Source: the human T2T-CHM13v2.0 reference genome, Homo sapiens
Strand: one strand, 5' to 3'
Length of the DNA: 64,000 nucleotides
Assembly (NCBI RefSeq): GCF_009914755.1
Contig: NC_060944.1
The notes under the pieces were generated by a model that made no database searches, was not told the DNA's origin, and saw nothing but the letters and a program-made list of their open reading frames with translations. Position numbers and translations under genes: made by a program. This document shows, piece by piece, positions 49,701 through 64,000 of this stretch (positions are counted from its first letter, which is position 1; every line of letters begins with the position of its first letter).

Positions 49701-51729
49701 ACGGGCTAACTATGATCAGGCTCAGCAATTAGAAAAACTCTGTAGAAAGTTTACTGAGTGATTATATATAATTAATTCCTAGTTACAGACTGAACACTGA
49801 CCATTTTCTGGAGCTAATAAAAGCAGTTACTCCCCCTCCCCCACGTGAATGCCACTTAATTTCCCAAAGCAGAAAGTGAATCCATCCTGGAGGGTCTTGA
49901 AGGAAAAAAAAGGAGAGGAATCAAAAGCTTCAGTGTGTCTGTGTTTGCTCCTTGCAGCTGTGTATCCTCTTTGGGGACTGAGGAGGCAGAAGGAAAAAGG
50001 AAAACAGCCCAACATTCTGTTCCTCCTTCTGCAATTTACAAACGTGGCAGAGAGAACATTCTACCTTGATGAGAAAAAGAAGGGGGGTTGGGGGGAAGCA
50101 GGGAAGGGAGATGACCTAGGAATGGAAGGTAGGAGACGCTTCTGCTTGGCAGATCTGCTTTTCCTAAAAGGAACAAAGATGGTAGAAATTTCCAGAAGGC
50201 CCGTTCTTAGTTCGGCCACTGCAATTGTCAATCTTTAACCTTTCCTCCAAGTCTATTGGTTTAAAAGCTAGAGTAGAAGAACCCCATTGGGCTGCTCTGG
50301 GAGCCAGTACTGCCGTCCCTACCTAGTCCTGCTGCAATGCAGACATTTATTTTTTTCCCCCTTTCCTGAAACTGGAAAATAATGCTACTTTGAAAGCAAT
50401 TAACTTTTTACAGACTCATGCTTGGTAGGGGTCACAGTACCAGAGGAAAAGTGGCTAGCTTGGTCCAGGGTTGGGAACTTGCTGGGGGCTGTACATTTGA
50501 AAACAGATCTTGGCTCTCCAAACCTGTGGGAGCCATTTTAATGCAAGCTTTTAGAGGACAAATGCCTTGCCCTTAAGTTCCCTTCCAGCCCAACAAACAC
50601 AGTATTATGCAAACGTTGAAGGCACCAAACCAGGAGTCTTATGATTAGATATTGCTTCTAGGGAGGCCACAAGAACCTCGATATGTAATTTCCATTTACA
50701 GCAAGGAGATAAGAACAAAGAAAATAGCTGAGTGTCTGAACTTACTTGTTTGGGGCAGTGGCACTGTTCAGTTTTAAGTATATAACATCATTAACTGCCT
50801 GCAGTTTTACTCTAAGAAGCTAAGCTGGCCTGCCTTGCACAGACTTTTCTCAACTTAGAATGTGGTACGTTTCTGCTGATTAAATGAGCCTTTTTCCAAT
50901 TCGGTGTCAGAAAGTGGGCTACTGGACACTCATTTGAAAGAAAAAAGATTACTGACTCCATAAAGTTGACATAACACAGCAATTGAATATATTTCCTGCA
51001 TTTACGGTCATGTCGGATTGGTCTCCAAGCTGAAAATTTATGTACTGAACTTCTAGGGAAATTCTGAAGGTACTGCTAAACAAGACTCTACTTTTCCCAC
51101 TTAACTTCTAGCTGCAGCCTTAAGTGGTCAAGGGAAATGTAAAAAGTGAGAAATCTTATGTGGGGCCAGCATGCATACAGATGTGTGGAGGAGACCTGAA
51201 AAAAGGCCAAAATGTGTTGGTCAGTGAGTCCTGAATCAAACCCAGTCTGGTGGTAGATGAGATTTTGCACTATACATAAGTCCTAAAACATGAGCACACT
51301 GACACCACCCCCCCAACACACACATACCACCACCACCACCAGCTTCTACACCACCAATGTTTTTAGGGCTCTGCACCTCTAAGAACAAGCAGTTTCATGA
51401 CATTTCACAAGCACATCACCTACTCACAGTTTGAATATCCAAACAAACCCCATTAAAGGTCTAGAGTCAAGTCACAATGAACTGAACATTTCTCCCCTGA
51501 CTCAGGGTAAACAGGAAGTATAATCTTCAATCCTAGCTGCAGGTTATCAGGAAAAACAGTGGATTCAAACAGTCACCTAAAATCAAGACACTCTTTAAAA
51601 AGCCCTTATTTTGTTCCTGCTAATGAAGCCCCCAACTCCTGTAGCCAAGACCCACTATTACAAACAGACCCCAAATGTTCGCAAAACTCTTCAAACATGG
51701 TCACAGAGGAAATGGATTGCTTTACTTAC

Positions 51730-51757
51730 CCAACAAATGTTCAAGCAACCGTCTCAT
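51730..51757 (-). other. Candidate 3' end of an alternative first exon with ATG (MRRLLEHLL) and strong donor
   Basis: aaaATGAGACGGTTGCTTGAACATTTGTTGG|gtaagt; consensus donor ~1.2 kb downstream of exon 1 in a TE-free region. Confidence 0.45.
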
Positions 51758-52660
51758 TTTTCCACAGTTAGGAAGAGAGAACAGGCTGGCAGATTTGGGA
51801 CTTGATCAAAAAGGAAATTTTTTTAAACAGTTACATGGTATTATTAAAAACACACACAACAACAACAACACAACCCAACAACTGAATATGGAATGCTGTC
51901 ATGAGCCACAGACATGATTTTATTTCCTCTACACTCCATGACACAGGAGAAGAGAGGAGGATACAATGTATAAAAGGGACAGGAAAATGAAAACAAGGAT
52001 AAAAGGTAACATTAGTTCCTTGAAAATCATGCAAGAGTAGAAAGCTAAGGGATTCAGAATCCTTGCAGATTTTTTTTTTTTTTTTTTTTTTGCAGGATGT
52101 TGTCCAAGATCTCTCCCCCCACCCCCCAGTCCCCATCCCTACTCCAAAAAACTTCCTCCAAAGCCTAGAAAACACTTTCAGAAACATTTGCTGGCTGTAG
52201 GCTGGCTTGCAGAACACTCTGTAGCAACCTAAGTCAGGAAAACAGGCTGAACAATGTAGTTTCAAGTGCAGAAGCTCTGTAGAATAAGAGAAGACCGTGT
52301 ACAGACACCACCACCCACCTAGGCCCCAGGAGCTAGACTCTCCTTAGCACTGCTCTGCTGAGGGCACAATTCTTTTGCAAACACGCTCCTCTCTTGTCAA
52401 AACTTATCCAGCCTTCCCAGAACCTCTTTGGAGAGGCAAACTTGCCTGCTCTGCTGTCTGCCATGAGCTCTCCTTGGAGAGGAGCCTGTTTGCTTACCTT
52501 CCATTTTCTTCCCCCAGCAGGGCATGTGGCAAAAGAGAAGACAATAGTGCAGGGGTGGGAGGGGGGGAACTGCTCAGAGAGAGAGAGAGGGGAAGAGAGA
52601 GGGAAGAGGGAAAGAAAAAAAAAAAAAGAAGGAAAAAAAAAAGCTTCTTTTTTGGCATAC

Positions 52661-52695
52661 CAGGATCTAGCTTCAAACTCTTCCAGAAACACCAT
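52661..52695 (-). CDS. ZMYND8: ZMYND8 alternative first coding exon (MVFLEEFEARS-C)
   Basis: ggcATGGTGTTTCTGGAAGAGTTTGAAGCTAGATCCTG|gtatgc; strong Kozak; 35 nt, phase 2, in frame with exon 2 (TG+C = Cys); matches my recollection of an N-terminally extended ZMYND8 isoform. Confidence 0.78.
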
Positions 52696-52937
52696 GCCCT
52701 GGTGGAAGGAAAGGTGTGCCAGGCCCTTGCCAGTTTGCAAAATCAAGCTATGGCTAATGGCTACTGAGCCATGTGACCCAAGAAAGCAAAAAAATTCTCT
52801 CTAAACAGTTCCAAGTTAACATAAGTGCTCTGGGGGTGAGTGTGGCACGGCCAGCCACAGAGAAATCACACTGCTCGCCCACAATTCGGATGTCTCAGAG
52901 GGAGGGGGAAAAAAGATGGTTAAAAAGTCGAGCTTAC

Positions 52938-52951
52938 CTCTGTGGATGCAT
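52938..52951 (-). CDS. ZMYND8: ZMYND8 coding part of main first exon (M-H-P-Q-S, phase 2)
   Basis: Minus strand aacaATGCATCCACAGAG|gtaagc; 14 nt; AG + C of exon 2 gives Ser and keeps the frame. Confidence 0.93.
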
Positions 52952-53039
52952 TGTTAACACTGTGTAATGTCAATACTTATAAAACATGGAGGACAGGCTC
53001 CTAGTTCTCACAGAAAAAGGGTTTGGCACTTCGGCTGAT

Positions 53040-53135
53040 GATCTGGCCGCCTAATAAAAGCTCATCCCCGATTGGCTGCCCCGGCAAATCGGAGTGTAAA
53101 GCCGCCCCGGATTGGCTGAAACACTTCCTGAGCGA
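53040..53135 (-). promoter_or_regulatory. ZMYND8 proximal promoter: two CCAAT boxes, GC box, ETS site
   Basis: ATTGG at 53071-53075 and 53111-53115 (AGCCAATC on minus, NF-Y consensus, 40 bp apart), GCCGCCCC at 53101-53108, CACTTCCTG at 53122-53130; CpG-enriched; 90-180 bp upstream of the exon-1 ATG. Confidence 0.8.
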
Positions 53136-54330
53136 TTATCTTTGTGAGGCTCGGGTGAGCAAGAGCCATCCTGTGCATAGAAAAAGACAGGCTAAGCTAG
53201 GCCTTTTGCAGCAAGAAAAACTTGGGAAAGGGGCCCCCACACGCACTTCTCCTGCACCCTGGCTAGATTTCCCGGCACGGGCCAGCCAGGGCAGCCAGCC
53301 TGACCTGCTCCAGGAAAGCCTGAGGCCCGGAGGTCCCTGGGAAGGGAGTTTCTTGGAGTGGGCTGGAACGGCTCACCCTCACCTGCCCCCAGAGAAACGG
53401 CCCTTGTCCAGGGAGGAAGGCCAGCCTTTTTCTAGAACAGTCCAGCAGGGTGGCTCTCCAAGGGGAAGGGGAAGCTGGGGAGTGGGGAGTCCCGGGGAAA
53501 CAGCCAAGGGGCCAGAAAAAGGGGCTTGAGGCAGGCCTCTGAGAAGCTGGGGGAAGCAGGCAGCCCGGGGGAGCCCCGAAAAATCAGCAGAGAGCAGCCC
53601 TGGCTTCTCAGAGGAGCGAGGAGTAGCTGCTGAGGGGAGGAGGGGAGCAGAGTGGTCAAGTTTGCATAGTCATTGTCCCCATGCCTCCTTGCAAGGCAGG
53701 CCAGGGAGCCGTGGGCCTCTCGCGCCCTGCTTAGCCAGTCCTGCAGGCAAAATCAACGTGGGTTCCTGTCGCCCTGCCACGATGCCAAGGGGGACCCCTC
53801 TCGGTCCTTACCCTAAGAAAAACCCAAAGCCCTCCTCGCAGGCCACATGCCTGGATCTACAAACTTCCCTTCCCTCCCGGCCCCTCCCCCGCGGCCGAGA
53901 CCTGCTAAACCTGTCAGTTAAACACAAATCTGACTTCCGTATTAGCCTGCGATGCCTTCGGCTTCCTGCCTGTTAACCCTCTCTCGGACTCGGGGCCTGG
54001 CTGGGAAAAACTAGGCCTTGAGATCGCAGCGAAGGCCTGTGGAAAAATACCAGCTGCAGCTCTCCCGGCAGATGCAGAAAGAGAGAGAGAGAGCCGCTGT
54101 CTCTCAGCCTTTGCTTCCCAGGGAGGCGTGTACCTTGTGAATCCAGGGCACAGGCAGTGCCTCTCGGGCTGAGAAGCCATTTCAATCCAGAGGGAGACAG
54201 AAAGATGGCACGCTCAGCCCGGAAACAAGAGCCCCCATTATGCGTCAGGCCTACCCCCGTAGGTCAGCCCTTCCTGCCACAATCATCCCTGTATGTGTGT
54301 GCCTGGGGGAGTTGGGCCCTCCTCGGTGGG
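53135..54330. promoter_or_regulatory. GC-rich, moderately CpG-rich upstream promoter flank
   Basis: High GC, retained CpGs (e.g. 53700-54070), no Alu, G-run clusters. Confidence 0.5.
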
Positions 54331-56168
54331 CAGACAAATCCCCTGGGCTTCCTAAGGATTCTTGCTTCCATTTATTTGCACAGAGAACGGCTTCTTTTCG
54401 TCCCCCAAGGCAGATGGAGCAGCGATTTCACACACAGCCCTCCATTTGGCAGCCCCCCCACCCCCCCATCTCTGGCACCGCTCCCCAGTAAAATATTAAC
54501 TGGTTGTTCAGAGCTGCTTACAATTCTACCCACTTCAATTGCGTTAGGAGGTCTTTGCTGGTCTCCTCCCTAAAGCTGCCTTCGCAGTTGGTCTGTACCC
54601 AGAGATAGAAAAGGACCGTAAAATGTCCCCAGCTTTCTCGCTCTCTTTCCTTCTTCGGCATTTTAAATGACAAGGTGCTTAATTAACAGGATTTTTTAAA
54701 ACAGCAACCTGGAACCACAGAAGCTAAATAAACACCATTCTTTAGAGGCTGGAGAAAGCGTCCAGAGTTAACGCAGCCATATGCCAGGAGGCATAACTCC
54801 GGAGCAATAAAGTCTCCCCTCTCCTCCTAAAATTAGGACTTGTGGGCTTTCTTGTCCCACACGGTTCCCACAAAGAAAACGAAGAGCTGATGGCTTGCTT
54901 TCCCTGCCCCCCCCCCAACCCCCACATGGACAACAGATGCCCACTGCTTGTACATAAATTCTTCCTGGCCGGGAATCTCATATCAAACAGGCTCAGGAAC
55001 GAGCTGGGAATCGAAACTCACTGTACGGCAGGGCAGGACCCAGGCTTTATAAAAACGGACAGGATGTTGCTGTTGTTACTGTTTTAGGCTGCTGAGGCCA
55101 AGCTGCAGGGAGGGACAGCTCCATGGCCACCCAACCTGACAAAGCTCCAGGGCTCAGGACAGCAGGCCTGGGCCTCACCAAAAGGGAGGGGCCTGCTCTT
55201 CCTGGAGGTAGAAAGCTGCATGGGGAGACTAAATGGGAGGAGGCGAGAGGTGGAGGCCACAGTGAAGCAGTGCGTGCTCACCCTCCTAGCTGTGTGGGCA
55301 GCGGCCCTCCACCGCCATCCCATATGGAATGCTGTTTGTTTCTGCGGGTGCTGCTTTGAGGGGAACAAACAGGACTGTGGGGTTGGTGGCAGATCTCCCA
55401 TGCAGCTAAGTCCACGAACCAATGAGGAAATAAAATATGCCGCTGGTGTGCGTGGTGGATTTTAACCTGGGATTAAAGCTTGTTGCATAAGCAGCTACAG
55501 CATCCTCCCCGCCTCCCTCCCTCTCTCTGATCACTTGATCACTTGAAATGTTTTCTGGGGCAAAGAGCAGGAAGCTGCTGGCTTATTCTGGCAGCTCTGC
55601 TCTGTTTGAGGAATGCTGTTGGCATTCGGGTAGGTCTGAGGTTATCTGGAAAACAGCAATTCGGCTGGGGACAGACACAAAAGTATGGTGGCAGATGGAA
55701 TCCTGGGAGGAACACAGATTGAAAAGAAAGCCTGGGGCAGGCCTACGAAGGGCTGGTCCTGGGCTTCATGGAATGTGGCTGATAAGCAGGAAATAAAACC
55801 AAATGTTGCAGGTCTCAATCTAGAAATCCATTCAGCAGCTCCTCTTAAAGCCCCACTGCAGTGAGTATCCCAGCAGTTACTTCTAAATTAGTGCTTTACA
55901 TAGACTGATTCCTGAAGTAGGTGGCATTGTTAGAAACCTGGAACTAAGCCCAGAGAGGTGAAGTGAGCTGCCCAAGGTCACACAGCTGGGAAGTGCCAGA
56001 GATCAGATGTCCACCCCGTTAGCACTTCACATCCCTAAACTCTGTACCTTCTCCTGGCTCTAAAGAAAGAAGCAAAAGCAAAGCCGAACCAAGCACAGCA
56101 GAAACAATGAGGCTGAAACCTACGAACAGCAACTGCATAATCTGTGTTTTCTTTTAGGAGGTAGACCA

Positions 56169-56258
56169 GTTTTTTGCTTTTTTGTTTTTTGATACAGTGT
56201 CTCGCTCTGTCGCCCAGGCTTGAGTGCAGTGGCATCATCACAACTCAATGCTGCAACC
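56169..56258 (-). mobile_element. Truncated AluJ/FLAM-like fragment
   Basis: ttttttgatacagtgtctcgctctgtcgcccaggct.gagtgcagtggc..ctgcaacct, then an abrupt end. Confidence 0.8.
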
Positions 56259-56464
56259 TGAAGACCCACCCTTTTGAGGTGGGTTTTCAGTATTGAATGA
56301 TGGCGCTGAAGGAAACTTTTAGATTAGACTCATTCAAATGCCCCTCATTACAGATTGAGGCCCAGAGGAAGCGACCCTCTCCCTCCCAACCTCCAGCAAG
56401 ATGCAAGATGTCAAGGGGGAACACTTTGCCATCTCTAAAATTAGGCTTTTATATTCCCTGAAAC

Positions 56465-56673
56465 CAGTGGTTCAACCATGGGGGGATTTGCCCTTCAGGG
56501 GGCATTTGGCAATGCTTGGAGACGTGTGGGTTGTCACAGTTAGGGAGGTTGTATTACCGGTATCCAGTGGGTAGAGGCCAAGGATGATGCAAAACATCCT
56601 ATAAGTACACAAGACCAGCCCCGCCACAACAAGGAAGTATCTGATCCAAAATGTCCAAGGTTGGGAAACCCTG
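56465..56673 (+). mobile_element. MER20
   Basis: cagtggttc.acc..ggggatttgccc.tcaggg.gcatttggcaatg..tgggtagaggcca.ggatg.tgc.aaacatcct..aggttgggaaaccctg. Confidence 0.85.
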
Positions 56674-57631
56674 GCTTTAAGCCCTTTAAGGAAAGGGAAG
56701 AAAACAGTCCAATCATTCTGCCTCTGGCTAGAAAAGCCAGCACAGGCCTAAACAAGCAGGTTCTTTGGTGATATTAATAAGCAATGAGCTAATAAAAATA
56801 GATTAAAACGTGTCTCTCTTAATATTCCCAGGGTACAGAGAGGATTGGGGTACAGAATCAGGCTGTGGGGAGCCAGGCAGAGTGTCACAGTAACAACACT
56901 GGTCTCGAGGGAGAGGAAAGGCTGGCCCCAGCTCCCTTCCCCCAGCACCTTACGAGCTGAGGCCTGGCCTCCCTGAAATGGCTCGCCCGTTCCGCTGGCC
57001 TCCAGCCAGGCGAGCAGCAGCAGGAGCGGCCCCACAAGCTGCATCCCGAGATAGCCTGTTCGGCTGCCTACAAAAATAAGCACACTTGCAGTTATCGGCC
57101 TCCAGCTACAGCAGGCCTCTCTGACCGTTACGCGAAATGGACAGGATTGAGTCAGGGAAGTGTTTTAAATATCTTGTTTTGTTTTGTTCCTTTCTGGCCA
57201 ATTAGAACCGAGGCCAACTTCGGGCACGGTGACAGAAGGGCTCACCTTCAGAGCCCGGAGCTGACTGTGTCATGTTACAGCCACAAAGAGGCAGATAGGA
57301 GCCTCCCTCCCTTGGAGAAGATGCCTACTAGGAGAGGGGTGTGGGGTTTTTTGGTTTTGTTTTGTTTTTTTACCTCTTTCTAGGAGGGACTGGCAGGATT
57401 AGGCAAACGGCGGGAGGGAAAACAAAAAGGGCTAGTGGAAAGGGCAGGGGGTGGATGGTCGCCCCTCATCAGGCAGATGGCCACAGCGCGGGTGGGGCGC
57501 CGAGCAAGGGATGCAGGAGCAGAAGGAAAATGAAAAGCAGGAAAACTCAGGCCCTACTCTTTTTTCTTCCTAGCAATTACTTTTATGGGCAGAAGACTAT
57601 AGATTCGTTCGCTCTGTTTCTCCCTCCCACT

Positions 57632-57841
57632 GGACCGGTGGTTTTGCCCCCGCAAGGGGACATTTAGCAATGCCTAGGGACATTTTGGGTTGTCTCCATT
57701 TTGGGTTGTAAGATCTTTCAGGGAAGTGGGGAGTGCTACTGGCATCTAGTGCTGCTAAACATCCTACAACACATAGGACAAGACCCCCCAGCGGAGAATT
57801 AGCCAGCCTCAAATGTCAATAGTGCAGAGGCTGAGAAACTG
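57632..57841 (+). mobile_element. MER20
   Basis: ttttgccccc..ggggacattt.gcaatg..gacatttt..gtgctactggcatctagtg..tgctaaacatcctacaa..aaatgtcaatagtgc.gaggctgagaaac. Confidence 0.8.
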
Positions 57842-58099
57842 TGCACCAGGCTGAGCACTTCACGAGGCAAGGAAGGACCTTGTCTGAATTCTTCACCATC
57901 ATGCCCTCAAGAGTTGAACACAGCACTTGACATATATTAGAGCTCAGTAGAACACCATCTCCCATCCGGATGGTTGCAAGAATCTTACCTGAGCTCTCTG
58001 CTTCCGCCCTTGCAAACGCTTGTACACATGCACTCACACACACATACACACACTGTACCACCCAGGCTGCCAGTGATCCTTTTATTTTTTTTTCTCTCC

Positions 58100-64000
<5,901 letters not shown>

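Noticed and set aside
53023-53529. 168-aa plus-strand ORF divergent from the promoter
   Set aside because: Starts at TTG in GC-rich promoter DNA, has low-complexity composition and no domain; likely chance.

Overview
Primate (almost certainly human) euchromatic, very Alu-dense DNA containing the 5' end of ZMYND8 (PRKCBP1/RACK7, a PHD-bromo-PWWP/MYND chromatin reader) on the minus strand. Three coding exons splice in frame: exon 1 (52951-52938), exon 2 (44206-44136) and exon 3 (6485-6337). Together they give MHPQSLAEEEIKTEQEVVEGMDISTRSKDPGSAERTAQKRKFPSPPHSSNGHSPQDTSTSPIKKKKKPGLLNSNNKEQ. An alternative first exon encodes MVFLEEFEARSC, and a CCAAT/GC/ETS promoter lies at about 53.04-53.13 kb. 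The gene continues off the left edge; the right ~11 kb is upstream DNA. The rest is intronic Alu clusters (often nested), old L1M/L2/MIR fragments and DNA-transposon MITEs (MER58, MER3, MER5, MER20, MER47/Tigger5). Almost all listed ORFs are Alu-derived or chance. I see no new multi-gene system. The most interesting signals are: (i) a complex template-switch scar inside an Alu at 7.68-7.97 kb, with a triplicated Alu segment, a snap-back hairpin and a 170-bp inverted copy of DNA from 1.24 kb away, creating a long non-Alu dsRNA stem upstream of exon 3; (ii) a second Alu duplication with a palindromic junction at 28.3 kb; (iii) an Alu-free, CpG-enriched island at ~15.2-15.6 kb with two ATG+donor mini-exons in phase with exon 3, overlapped by a 190-codon antisense ORF; (iv) a further candidate first exon at 51.7 kb whose ATG is either a uORF or a new N-terminus depending on splicing; (v) a GATA-motif cluster with a perfect 16-bp palindrome; (vi) a 13-kb Alu desert over the promoter and intron 1. 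Repeat subfamily names and boundaries are by eye and approximate.
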